Below are positions 29,601-63,552 of a stretch of 64,000 nucleotides of DNA, piece after piece. The notes beneath the pieces are model-generated. The model did no database searches and was not told the DNA's origin. It worked only from the letters and a program-made list of their open reading frames with translations. Made by a program: the position numbers and the translations under genes. Position 1 is the stretch's first letter; the number at the start of each line of letters is the position of its first letter. The DNA is taken from NCBI RefSeq assembly GCF_009914755.1, contig NC_060929.1. One strand, 5' to 3'. The DNA comes from the human T2T-CHM13v2.0 reference genome, Homo sapiens.

Positions 29601-30374
29601 GCATGTGTGTTATTACTTAATTAAGAAATCTGGCAGTAGGGAGAAAGAAACAGAATGGTAGCTGAAAACGGCAGGAGGATCAAGTAAAGAATTTTTCCCC
29701 CAAGATTGGAAAGGCCTGTGTATATTTCACAGGCGGAAAGGAAAAAGGTAGGAGAAAGATGTATGCTTTGGCATGAGGGTCAGGATAATTATAGAGACAA
29801 GGTTCTAAAAGGGACAGGAAGGGAATGGGACTGAGAACAGAGTTTAGCCTTAGAACAAAGGGAAGAGACAGACCTTTCCAACTGAGACTGTGTTCTTGTC
29901 ATTTCCGCCAAATCATAAACACGCCTTACATTTATTTGTTTAGTGTGCAGCTAACCTCTAGGTGTACTCACAGCTGCTCTTAAGTTAGATTCTTCTTCAT
30001 CATCATCAAATACAGCCACCATTTATAGACCGTGTGCCCAGCAGTTTAACTGTGTCATCTCATAAGAAGAATACCATTATCATTCCCATCATACAGATGA
30101 AGAAACTAAGGGAAAAGATATTATAATGAACTTGACCAAGATAACCCAGCTGCTAAGGGAGACAGTTGTGTTGGATGCTAGACAATTCAATTCTAGAACC
30201 CCTGCTCTCCTGTGCTGCTTTCTGACACTTTACAGAGTTGCCTCTAGAGAGTAGGATTAGAGGGTAGAGAGCGTGTGGCAGAGGTCTGCTGTCTTTTGAT
30301 ATAAGCCTTTAGTATTATTTGACTTTTTACTAGAGTAGGAGCTTTTCAACGACCATTATTTATCTGAGGGGTCA

Positions 30375-35075
<4,701 letters not shown>

Positions 35076-35904
35076 ACGGAACTATTCTTTTCCACAAAAG
35101 AACAAACACATACATAACTTTTGCCACGTCTGAAGACGAGGGTTCTAATAGGGCGCGGGTGGTGTCTCAGGTATTTTGAAAGGAGCTACCCAAGAATCTC
35201 AGCTTGTCAGGCCAGTCATTCCATTTGACCCTATCTGGCGCGTATTGGGGCCCCGACAAGGTAAGGGGTTGGCATGAAGCTGCACAGTGAGATAAAGCTG
35301 GACCGGAGCTAGAACCCAGAATCAAAGCCTTGCCCTGTGCGGTTTCTCATCGCCTACGCAGTCGGGCCCTGGCCTGGCATCTCCAGGCAGGTGGCCTTGG
35401 ACGGAAGCCCGGCCTACTGGCTTCATTTGTGGGACCCCGGGGGTCCTCTCCTCCGCCCATGGAGCCTGGTTACTCCCACTTCCTCAAGCCTAGGGCCTGG
35501 AGAAGCCTTTCCTGGTTCGCGGCCTCACGGTCTGCAAGGTCCTCTTACTTCCCTGAAGCCGCTCCAGCCCCACTTCCCGAAGGTCCCGCTTCCGGGTGGC
35601 TCGCTTCGCCACCTGCGGTCCCCTGCCTCGGCTTGGGAACGCCAAGGACATCCCCCACGGAAGCCTGGGCCCACATCCCCATGCCCTTGCCGCACGTCAC
35701 CGCCCCGCTGGCCCCGAATACGCCTCCGCCCTGCACTTCCTCTCTGCAGCGCCGTCTTTCCGGCCGGGCTCCCTTCTAATTGGCCAGCTCAGAGCTTCCT
35801 CGGGTACTCGGCCACTCGGGGCATCGCGGCGGCCTTTCTAGCCGCTGTCCCAAGGGTTGGTCTCGCGCTTTCGGCTGCGAGCTCTCTGTGGTGCTGGCAG
35901 CGAC

Positions 35905-50722
<14,818 letters not shown>

Positions 50723-52089
50723 GGTGAGATAAAACATAGTCCCTGGTGCCTCTTAGGGGCCAGAGCGGGCAGGAGGTTGGATAACAAAAATAGAGCATCA
50801 GCAACCCTTTCCAGGTAGAAATTCCAGCGGGAGTTCAGGTTCCCAAGCAATTTCACGTACATGGCTGGTAAGTGACTGATCTTTCCCCCCGCTTGGTAGC
50901 CTCACAGATGAGTCTTGGATGCATTCACAGTCATTTCTGGTCTGTGCACCAAAGGATGCATTCAGTGACCTATGAAAAACCCTACTGAAGGGTCCAGAGA
51001 CCCTGGTGCTCACCTTAGCCTTTGTCTTTGAGCAAATAACTTACCTTCTTCCTTCTTATGCCTGGGTTTTCTCACACTTAAATCTGTACTACTGTTTGCC
51101 AATGTCTGATGTGTGTATCCCTGGTTCACAAGAAGATTTTAGATGGTATTCAAATTAATATTTTCTATTTAGTTATATATTTAATGTATAATATAAAAAT
51201 ATGATTAGCATATTGACCTGTAGTTTGATAGATGTTCTGTCTAGGATAAAGCTAACTGTAAAAAAAAATAGTGAATCAGTTTAAAGAAAAACATAACGTA
51301 AAAGTGGGCACAGATCCAGAGAGGTAGCAAAAATCACAGGGGTGGTTCCATGAATGGCTGACACTTAGGAAACTCTGAATTAGGCCATCCTCGAGACTAG
51401 CCCACCATTCACCTCTGTTCATCCCCCGTGGGCTCATAATCGTTTTCATTTCACCTTTGATTTGGAAGGAAGAAGTTTCTTGCCCAAATGCCTGGATGTG
51501 TCTGCTTGACTTTCAGAACTTCTCACCTCAGCCCTAAAGAGGGAGCCTGTGGGTTCTCAGAGAGATATCACAATTTGAGTCCCAAAGAAGAGGCCAGATA
51601 CCCACCCACCTTCCCCCAAATCTTAAGCACCTGCGCCAGTACAGTCAAGAAGAGGAAAGTGTGTGAAGACCCAGGTCTGGCTCTGCCACTTGCCTGGCCA
51701 TGTCACCTTGAAGCTGTGACCTGACTCCCTATATTGTTTCCTCAGTTGTAGACCAAAGGCAATGGTGTCTGCCCTCCTACCTTAGAAGACAAATGCAAGG
51801 GCATTTCACCACAGAGAGGACCTTTGTGCTCACTTTGGCCCAGGAGGCAGTGATGCTCATGGTTGCATGACTTTATGAGTTGCTGGGCCAGGGTGAGGAC
51901 CTGGGCCTCCTGACTCCTGGCCCAGAGTTCTTGTCCATCAGTTCATACTGCAATTTTATGTGAAAGCATTATGACTGTCCTACCCATGGGAGAGTAAATG
52001 TAGATTGAATGCTAGGAGTCTTAAAGCTGGAGAGTATAGATTTTGAGGTCCCCATTTGGGAAACATGTGCCAGAAATGTCTAGGTGTTT

Positions 52090-52095
52090 AATAAA
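52090..52095 (+). terminator. Candidate proximal polyadenylation signal of DELE1
   Basis: AATAAA hexamer in the 3' UTR. Confidence 0.4.
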
Positions 52096-53979
52096 ACAGA
52101 TATTGGATTATCTCATCACTCTTGCCCTTGAGTATTATGGGAAGAGCCAGGGAGACGGGCAGGGGGAGCTGAAAGCTGAGGCTCCGTCCTCATCTCTAAA
52201 CTCTCCACTAACCAATTTAAAGGATCTTAAAAGCTTCTCCAGGAGAGAGACTTAGGAAAAAAAAAGATTTCTGAGTCAGTGCTAATGAGTCCAGTTACTG
52301 AATTTGTGAATAGCTATTCCCTGGCTTCTGGATGTTAGCCCAAGTTGAATAGCATAGATGTGGTTGAGAGTGGGGTCTGGGAGGGATAGAGAGCCCACCC
52401 CCCACAATCCCATGACTGAGTGGAGACCAACCAGCCTGGCCAATTCAAAGGCAAGAAGATTTGAGGGGGGAAAGTTGTCCACGTTTCCCTCTCTGCTTCC
52501 CACCCCATCTCTCTCAACTTCTTAGTGGTCCTGCCATACTTTCCTAGCACCTCTCTTTCACCCGGGGAGCCCAAGCGTCCTCTAGCTCCATCTCCTCGCC
52601 TGCTCCCTGCCTCCTTTTCAGGGCTGCCCTGCACACTGGCTCACCACTGTTGGACCCTGCACATGGCCACCTTCCACAGATGGCACTCCTTGGGAGCAGG
52701 GTCCTTGTCTTTGTATTCCAGTGTCCCCAGCACTGAGTGCAAGGCCCCATGCAGGGTAGGAAACCTGAGGTTTCAAGCTCAGGGTTTTAAGCTGTGCAGT
52801 GCACTAAGCTCTCTGCCAAAAAACAAACAAAAAAAGGTTTCTGTGGTTAAATAAGTTTGGGAAATGCTGCACCAGACGTCCCCTTTTTATAGATTCACAA
52901 TACACATCAGCATATTTGAGGTTCCAAGAAGTCCTCCAGTAAAGAACTTGGTTAACCCAATGTTTTCTCTCACTGAATTGAGCCCAGAGCCCGTTTCCCT
53001 ACAGATTGCTTTTGAGCCTTCCTGGGGCACCCTCTGCGTGAAATGTCACCGTGTGCCCTCCCTGTGGAGCCCCACTCCCCAGCCTCCTCCCCTCTGTGGT
53101 CATTTTGGATTTTCTGACTACTTCCTTCTAGCCATAGCTGGGGCCGAGGGCTGGTTCACAGTCTGGCCACTGGGCGTCCTGTGGTGAAGGCCAGATGCAG
53201 CCCTCCCTGAGTGGCTCTCCCTCCCACTCAGTCACTACTGAGCTAAGTACTGATTCAATTTGGGGTGCCAAAGGTTGGGGGTAGGATATTTTTAAGCTCT
53301 CCAATTTAAAAAGGAAGGGCCTCTCCTGTGGAAAGGGAAGGATGGCAGAGTCGTGAGAAAGGTGTTGTCAAGGGACCAAAAATCCTTGGCTGTTCAGTCA
53401 CTGCGGTCTTGATCCAGCCCCAGGGGGATGGGCTTCACTGGCAGAGCTGGGTACTGCTGTGCTTTTGCCATTAAAATTCTGTTATTAATGACTCATCATC
53501 AGTGCCCCAGAGGAAGTGTGAGAGGACGAGAGGGAGGTGGCTCCCATCAGCAGGGCCAGCCTGGGTCAGGATGCTGGGTTAAAGCCCGGCGCCCTCACCA
53601 ATGAGACCTTTGTGGGAAGCTCTACTGCCTCAGTTTCCCTATCCGGAGATGCTGTTTTCAGGGAGTCCTGACACTATGATGGGAACAAGGCTATTTGGTT
53701 TACTATATCATTAGTGCTAATATAGTGTGGGGCACTCAGATGTTCAGTAAATATACATTCAACAAATAAGTGAGTGATTATACTCAACTCCCCCCACCCA
53801 ATGCCCAGCACCAAGCCTACCCAGCACATAGTAGGTACTTTAAGTAATTTGAATGAATAATTTTAAATAACTTGAATGAATAATTCTGTATTGCCCCCCA
53901 CTCGCCGCCTATACACACGCACACACGCACACACACACACACGGTTTCCTGTGCTACTTCTGGCACTTAGTAATTATTC

Positions 53980-53985
53980 AATAAA
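53980..53985 (+). terminator. Candidate distal polyadenylation signal of DELE1
   Basis: AATAAA followed by GT-rich sequence (tgtttgttgcatgagtgttt). Confidence 0.65.
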
Positions 53986-55560
53986 CACAAAATGTTTGTT
54001 GCATGAGTGTTTCTGATCATGTCCTACTCCTCCCACGTTGTACCCAAAATTTAGTAGGAGCTAGAAAATGCTTATCTATTTTCTAGGTACACACTATGTG
54101 CCAGGCCAAGCCTCTCCTTCCTCCTGTCCTCTCTTTTTTGGGATTTGGTTCTCTCCAGAGTTTCAAAGGTAGTGGTTGCCACATCACTCTTATTTCAGCC
54201 AGAGAAGAGGCAGCGTCAGTGAGCTGCCAAACTGAAGTTGGGTGACAGACAAGGCAGCTGCCTGTCAATCTCTGAGCTGCCTCCAGGCTCTGAGTGAGCA
54301 CTGCATTGCACTCCTGGTGCTGGAGAACGGCTGACTATTGATTTAAAAAATGTCCCTCTATGCTTTCCAAATTAGGACGACATGTAACAGTGCTTGCTGG
54401 CTCGCCTGCTCCCTCAGTCTCCCAGGGGACAGAGCCCATCTTGGTGGAAACTGTTTTGAGCGTGTCCAAAGTCTCAGCTTTGACATCTTGGCTGATGTCA
54501 AGAAATTTCTGTAACCTTCCTGTTCAACACACCCAGTTCTGTTACCATAGACACGGTCTCACTCTGAGCTGTTATTGGGAAAGGTGCTGGTATCAGCTCA
54601 TCAGGAGGGGACACATGGTGCAGGAGAGAACACTGTCCCTCACGTACATACACCCCCATTCTGATCAAAGTTCAGAACAGGAGCAGCTCTACGCAGGAGT
54701 TCTCCAGGTTCTGCAGGGAAGGCAGGGCTGAGGGCTGACCTAGAGGATTGTAGTGCTTTCTAATCTTAATTGGGCCCGAAATCTCTTTGAGAATCTGATC
54801 TAAGCACCTACTTCTTTCCATAGAAAAAATGCATATCCTCCCAATTTTGCATGTAGTTCAGTAGGTTCATAGATCCTGAAGTCTAACCAAAGACGTCAGA
54901 TTAAGAATCCTTGATGTATTAAAAAGACCACCATACTAAATCCCAGATCCAAATCCTGATTTGAGCAAGCACTCAGTTAAATGTCTTAATTTGGAAAGCT
55001 CTCCCCCACAAACCTGCCAGGTGGCCTTGGGCAAGTCATCTGCCGTTTCTTTCTATATTCTTGGCTATAAAATGAAGAGTTGAAATAGATAAAGTTCAGA
55101 CTCTTTATGACAACTGCCCATGTCTGTGGATGTTTAGATAGTATCTTAAAGCAATGCTGTGTAACCTTTTAAAGGTCAAGGTTTCCTTTGAGAATCTGAT
55201 GAGAATTTTGTATCTTCTGCCTAAAAAAGTGTCTAGACACAAAGTTTTACCTAGTATTCAGGGTGCCCAAGGAGTACAGATTTAGGGCTTTTGAACTAGA
55301 ATGATGCAATGGTCCCATGTGTCTAGTGATCCAGTTGCCAGCTATAGCTCCAGCTTCCTCAGGTCATCTCCCCCTGCCCACTCTCTTCTCTCCACCCTCC
55401 CAACATCTGCTCTGCACTGAAAATCTGCTGGTAACTGGGAGGTCACCATGGTCTACTCCAGTACTGTGGTTCTCAGACTTTGCTTTTACATCACAGAGTC
55501 TTTTTTTCTAATGAAGTCCTACCTGGAGCTCCAATATGGATAAAAGGGGCCTCTGAAGCA

Positions 55561-55578
55561 TTTATTGACACATTTATT
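55561..55578 (-). terminator. Candidate distal polyadenylation signals of PCDH12 (two AATAAA)
   Basis: TTTATT at 55561-55566 and 55573-55578. Confidence 0.55.
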
Positions 55579-56937
55579 CATTCATACATCCATTCAACAG
55601 CTATTCATCAAGTGTTGCTTTGTAGCAGGCACCTGGCTGGTCAGGCTGGAGACCCTGCCTGCCTGCTTGATATCCCCCAGTTTCTCTCACTGGCCCACAG
55701 AACCCAACAGTTCTGTGATCCAGCCTGAAAATCACAGATTCTGTAAGGAGATCACTCTGGCCTAGAGTGAGGTGAGGAGAAACTCTGCCCCTGAAACTCA
55801 TAACTTTGGGGAGCCTCATTTTCTTCATCTGTAAAATGGAATAATGATACCACACTGTATTCCAAGTATGTATGATGCACATTATCCCTAGTTGGGAGTA
55901 TGATTGGCCCATTTCTTGAACAGTGAACATGAGCACTGAGCTCCAAGAAAGGACAAAAAGAGGAGCAGATAGAGGAACTTTTGCCTGCAGTGTCCAGGAG
56001 AGACCCACACTATTTAGAAGCTAGCTGATTGGCTGCTCGGAAATTTCCAAGAAAATTATAAAGCTGAACCTTGGGAAAATATCTGCTGTTTCTTCCCTCC
56101 CCCATCCCCTGGAAGGCTGGCTGCTGTCAGTGCCGATTTCATAGACCCAGTTCACACAGCGTCCTCTGGGATTCACAAGCCTGAACCTGCAATGACAGAG
56201 GAAGGTTTACCCGCAAATGGGGTTGGGAAAGATGACATCCGCACTTGAAGAGCTACTTGTTGGGAAAGAACGGGTCTGCATCAGTTCAGATCCAAGTTCC
56301 TTTTGCCTTGTGCTTGGGAATGTAGAGAGGTGCGGGCCTGGATGGCTTTGGAAATGTTCCTTTCAACAGTGTTTCCCGAGGGAGCTCGAGCAAGTTCACT
56401 GCTGCCAACAGCTCACCTCCAGGGCCTTCCCTTCTCCTGTCTTTGGTTGGCAGGCTGGTGTCAAGGTTGAAGGCATGGGTTTTGGTGTTGGCCCAGCCTG
56501 GGTCCAAATCCTGGCTCTGGCTCTACTCCCTGCTTGATCTTGGGAAAGCCACTTGACCTCTCCAAGCCCCATATCCGTGTCTGTGAAATGGGGTTAATAA
56601 TACCTCCCTCCCAGGATTGTTGGAAAATCAAATTAAATCCTATTGTAAAGCCTGGTGCCTGGCTCATGTAAATGCTTTATAAATAGTTGTGCTTTCTTAG
56701 CTCTAATTTTGCAGCTGAGAAGCAGATTAGTTGGTAACATAGTGATAGGGGAACAGGGGTAAGAGCACACATGTCTGCTATTTGTGTACCTGTTACTGTG
56801 TACCAAGGTGCCCCACTCCTGTCCAGGCCCAGTGTGACGGTCTTGCCAGGGATTGGATGACAAATAAACCCCACTCTATTACTCTTCCCTTCTCCCTCTT
56901 GACAGGTGCAAACAGGAGAATGAATCACTGCTTTTCC

Positions 56938-56943
56938 TTTATT
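56938..56943 (-). terminator. Candidate proximal polyadenylation signal of PCDH12
   Basis: TTTATT on + (AATAAA on -) about 390 nt after the stop codon. Confidence 0.5.
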
Positions 56944-57336
56944 GATAGGTCAGAGAGCATTTCCTGGCACCCCCAGGGTACAGCCCCCTGACTCCTGCTA
57001 CCCAAGAAGGCCATCCTTTCCTGCCTGTGATACTCCGTGGCATCTGTTCTGCCAGAGGACTGACCCTTTGTGCTCCACATATGTTTTGCCAGGAAACACT
57101 TATCTCAGCCACAAACCGTCCCTGTCCTCCAAAAGACTCAGAGCTGCTTACAAGGGGCTGCTTTGGTCAGTCAGCTGTTAGTCCTGGGGCTCTTGCCTCC
57201 TCTGTGGGGGTAGCATCAGTCACCCTAAAGTTCTCAGGCCGCCGCTAGCTAGTGAGTTACAAGATTTTAGAAACCAGCTCTTGTCCACAGATCCTCAGGC
57301 CCCTGGTTCTTGGATCCAGAGGCGTCTGAGGTATGT

Positions 57337-58077
<741 letters not shown>

Positions 58078-60875
58078 TCAGTGTCTTCTATATTTCATCC
58101 AGGATTTTTACCCCTCAGGGCGCCTTCTCCCCTCAGGGCTCCACTAGCTGAGGATGGAGGGAAAATCCCTTTTCTTTGCCAAGGCTGGAGTTCCTGACTT
58201 AGCGCTGCCTTTTTTGGTTCCCATCCATAATAATAGGGACCACATATTAGGTACTTACGTGATGAGCAATTTACATAATTATTTCATTTAACTTCACAAA
58301 CCTTTGAGGTCAAGAGTATTATTCCCATTTGATGGATGAGGAAACTGAAGCTGAAAGAAGTTAAGTCACACATCTGCTAGGCAACCAAACCTCAATTTGA
58401 TGCCAGGTCTGATGACTTTGAAGCCTATGATGGCACCACCCTACCCTCTCTCTGAAGAGCTGGCCCTTCCTCCCCCTGGATACTCCAGGTGCCCAGCTGG
58501 GGCCTCTGGAATTCCCAGGCTACCTAAGGTCTGCACTGTTACCACCTGGCCCCAGATCCTCAAATCCTCCTCAACATCATCTCTCAAGCTGCTGGAACCC
58601 TGGCCTAGAGTCAGGCTGGGGAGGGGCTGCCTGTCCAAGGGCTGTCCCAGGAGAGGGACTGGGGTAGTGGCGGTGGCAAGTCAGCCTGGTGGCTGGGAAT
58701 TCAAAAAACTGGCCCCTACATTTGCAATGCCACAGTCACCCTTCTTTTCCCATCCCTTTAACAGAAAATCCTGTTTCAAGAAACCAGTCCCAGGCCTGAT
58801 GGTAGAGACCAAGCCAGAGGAAAGAAATTATAAGTCTTGGAGTTAAGAAACAGTGTCTTAAAAAAATTAAAAAAAAAAAAAAGCACAACATCTACTTAAC
58901 ATTTATCTAATGTTTGCCTAAGGTGAGTTACTTTAAAATCTGCGCACAGAATGAAAGACTGGAAGGAGATATGTCAAAATGTTAACTGAAATTACCTCTG
59001 GGCAGAAGCAATCCATTCTCTTTTTGTTTATCTATGTTTTTCTATATTAACCAAATATTACTTATGTAATTTGAACAAGTTATTCCGAAGTATGTGTAGT
59101 CATTTATTGTACTGATAAATGAATCTCTGCCCTGCATTCTGGACTGTGCAGCTTGTGAGACACTGTTGGGCTCCTGCCCTACTGGATCCTTGGGTTTAGC
59201 CCCATGCCTGGGACTTAGTGAATGTTTGTTGAATGATTGAATGAACATAAATATTAACCTTCAACATTTGGGAAATGCAAACCTTAGTTCCTTGAGACTC
59301 TGAGGCTATAAGGTTGGATGGAACTCTTGGTGTTATAGAATCAGGCCTTTCCTTTTACACGGGTCAGAGAGCTTCAGAAGGAGTGAAGCTTGGAATGAGA
59401 AAATCACTGGGGCGTATGAGAACAGCTGAAAAGTGATGCTGAATTCACCCAGCATCACCCACCAGTTCTAGCTGCAGGTGGGCACTGGGCCAACCTGGGT
59501 TTGATTTCCCAGCTTTGCAGCTTAGGGGCAGTGTGTGTGACCTTGGGAAAATGGCTTAACCTCTCTAAGCTCCCGTTTCCTCTTAGGAAGTGGTGAGACA
59601 GTAGTACGTATCTTGTGGAGTTGTTGTGAGGTTCAGTGAGTTCATGCAACCAGGAAAACATTATCATGGTCGCATTCTCAAGTGGGGCAATCTGAATCCG
59701 AAGCAGCAAATCTGAAGCAATCTGAAGCAGATCTGAAGCAGCAAGATCCCAGTCTCCCCATGGCAGTCCAGCCTGTGAGCAGCAAAGGCTTTTCTGCCCC
59801 TCCTCTTTCCTTACCCCCAACTCCTTACAGTGCCCCTGTGTTCAGTACCCTTTGTGCTGTGGGCAAGCAGGACCGTGTGGGAACTGACCCCACAGGTTCC
59901 AGCCAGAGCTGACCAATAGAGATAGAATCCAAAGCTATATCCCCCAGCCATACATAGCCAGTGAGCACTTGAAATGTGGCTGGTATGGCAGAACTGAATA
60001 TTTTATTTTATTTAATTTTAATTCACTTAAATTTAAATAGCCACTTGTCGCTAGTGACTACCTCATTGAACAACACAGCTCTAAAATTTACAGCCACACT
60101 GCCTGTGTTAATAACCATCCACGAGCTGCACAACCTTGGGCAAATTATGAAACACCCCTGACCCTCACATTTTTCCTTTATGAAATGGGGATAATGAATA
60201 GCCCCTATCTCATAAGATTTTCTCATGAGGTACTTAGAACAGGGCCTAGCACATAGAAAGTGCCCAATAAACATTAGCAATATTTTTTAACCAAGGAAAG
60301 AGAAGTCCCTGCCATACCTTCAGTGTGTCTGCAGCCAGATGGAGCACATGAGAAACAGTGTTAACTACATAGATAGAAAACCACAGCACAGGGATGGTCT
60401 GCCGTGGGGTGTGTTACCAAAGGAGGCTGACCAATGTCCACAGCAGGGGCGGGGGGCGCTAGCAGATTCTTGAATTCAAGTTCACATTATGTATTTATTG
60501 TCAAAGCTAATTATTTCTCTGCAAAAAAATCTTTTTGTTTTCATTGCAATTGTTAGCATATTAAAGAGTTGACCTGGTTCCCAGGGTGAAAGGGTATTGA
60601 AACACACCAAACGCCAATGAGTGGTAAGAAGTCCATAGAGGACAGGCTGGCTCAGGGTTTGGCTCCCCTTCAATCACTGGTGAGCTGGGTGACTCTGGGA
60701 AGGCTACTTGATTTTTTTGAGCCTCGGTTTGCTCATCTGTAAATTCGAGGTAATAATTATCTACTTGAGGGGATTGGTTGGAGGCTTAAATGAGATCATG
60801 TACATAAGATGCTTCCCCAGTGCCTGGCATGTTCACTATTTTTACAATGATTTTTAAAATGAATAATCAACGTAG

Positions 60876-61209
60876 GCCAGGTGCCTACTTTGGCTTTGAT
60901 TACAGGTGGCTCATGCCTCTAATGCCAGCACTTTGGGAGGCTGAGGTGGGTGGATTGCTTGAGCCCAGGAGTTGGAGACCAGCCTGGGCAACAGGTGAAT
61001 CCCTGTCCCTACAAAAAAAAAAAAAATCAAAAATTAGCGGGATGTGGTGGTGGTGCTCACCTGTAGTCCCAGCTACTTGGGAGGCTAAGGTGGGAGGATC
61101 ACCTGAGCCCAGGAGGTCAATGCTGCAGTGAGCTGTGATCACGCTGTGATCATGCCACTGTACTCCAGCCTGGGTGACAGAGCAAGACCCTGTCTAAAAA
61201 AAAAAAAAA
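60876..61209 (+). mobile_element. Old AluJ in a PCDH12 intron
   Basis: AluJ-type sequence (ttgagcccaggagtt; agcctgggcaaca) with a poly(A) tail. Confidence 0.85.
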
Positions 61210-61370
61210 TCAAAGTAGAACCTGGTCTTTAAAATACTTTCTGAGGCTGCAAGGGTGCAAGGGAAGTTAAATGTTGCTGATGTTCCTCCACAGAAACAGA
61301 ATGGCTTTTCCCTGCAGTGGATTGGAGCAGAACTCTGAAGCTTGGACACCATGGGGCAGAAGCAGGGTCA

Positions 61371-61598
<228 letters not shown>

Positions 61599-63453
61599 TC
61601 ATTCATGCCCATTCATGTTTGCATTCATTTACCCATATAGGGAACTGGATACACAGCCTGGCCTCTAGAGTCAGACCAACCTGGATCATGTGATTCCCGC
61701 CCTCCTCTTACTCTGTTTCCTCATTTGTAAAATGAGAGTAATAAATAACACCCACCTCACAGGGTGTTGTGAGGGTAAAATGAGACGTTGTAGGTAGAGG
61801 GGCCTACCACAGAGCCTGGCACATTGTAAGCACTCAGCAGACAGAAGTGAAGATGAGTTCATTGATATCATTCTCGTTGCCCCTCCCATGTCTAGGTATT
61901 GCCTGGCACACAGGAGGAGTTTAGTAAACCTCAGTGGAGCCAGTGCAGCCGTCCATCCGTCCGTAGGAGAAGGCTGGGATTTTTGCCTGTCTCATTGCCT
62001 GCTCCCTCACTGATGCTCAGAACAGGGCGTGGCACACAGTGGGTGCTGAATGAGTGACTGAACATTCCTTCCTCCCTACTTTAGGCCAAATCCTAGGCCA
62101 GAAGAGCAGACCTATGGAGGGTGCAGCCGGAGTGAGGCAGCCTAAAGCTGCTCAGAATCTGCTACCTGCACCCCAGTCTCCTGCTGTCTCCATCCTGGTC
62201 CCTCTCTCCCATAGACACTTGGGGACAGGCCTGGACCCTCATCCCAGCAGGTGGGAAGGCTACCTGAGGGGTTTTAAGGCGTAGGAGTCCTTCTGTTTGT
62301 TTGGTTTTGTTCCCCTGTAGCCATTTCTGCTGCTGTGAAGAAATGAGCAGGGAGGTGGCAAGTGTGTGGGTGATAATGACAACTAATGTTTTTGAGCAGT
62401 GAGTCTGAGTCAGGCCTTATGCGATGCAAGGTCCATGCACCGTCTTATTCAAACCTTCCACACCTGTAAGGGGTTCTCTTTAATCAACCCATTGTACAAA
62501 TGAGAAAACCAAGACTTGTGAAGATTTTGCAGGTTGCCCAAGGTCCCCATAGATTAAGAGATAAAGCAAGACTTCAAATCCAGGCCAGTGTGACCCTGGA
62601 GTGTGTGGACTCACCCCTGCAGTACACTACCTCTCACCATCCTTGTAAAAAGAAGCTGTAAGTTGTCAGGGCAAGAGCACTGATGCAGGAGTCAGGAACT
62701 CTGAGAGCTGGTCCCAGCTTTGCCACTCACTTGTTACATGACCTTTAGCAAAATTGCTTCAAGGGGAAAGGAGTTAGCATTGTGTGTGCACCTACTATGT
62801 GTCAGTTGCTGGGCTATGGGCTTAGAATACAATTGATTATGAAATCCTCACCCCATTACCACAAGGGAAATGGGATGGGTTCTGTTTTACAGATGGGGAA
62901 ACCAAGGTCCTGAGAGATTATCTCACTTGCTCAAGTTTACATAGCTGGTTTGAATCAAGCTACTCAGAGCCTCAGTTTCTCCATCCGTAACAAGAAGTTG
63001 GATTTGATGTTCTCTTAAGGTGTCTTCAATTCTAGGATTGCCCAAAGGGACACGCCCACACAGCCATGTCTTTAGTGGGGAGCCTTCATATTATGTTTAT
63101 GGGTCAAGAGAAAGAGAGGTGACAGTTACAGATATAAAGGCAATTTACAGCACCTCTGTAATTGGGACAAATACAGTCTCAGGGATGAGGTCATTTCCTT
63201 GGTGACTACTGTATTGATGGTATTTATCAATACAGCTAGTTAGTCCTACAGGACTTCTAGGTCCTGTAAATACTATCAATACAGTCACCTCACGACCAAA
63301 ACTCCCAGGGTGGGAGGATGGATGCTGTCTGCTGCACCCTCCCAGGGGACCGGTGTCTGACTTGTGCTCACCCTTCCTCACTCACAGAGGCTGCAGTGAT
63401 GAGGGGCGGCCAGTAGGGGCCTTGAGATGCCTGTGGGGGCTACGTGCTGCTTA

Positions 63454-63552
<99 letters not shown>

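Larger units (their letters stand above)
50723..54005 (+). other. DELE1: DELE1 3' UTR (long form, about 3.3 kb)
   Basis: Runs from the stop codon to just past the AATAAA at 53980-53985; the exact 3' end is inferred. Confidence 0.65.

Noticed and set aside
59689-59742. Repeated atctgaagca units in a PCDH12 intron
   Set aside because: Small slippage repeat with no further supporting structure.
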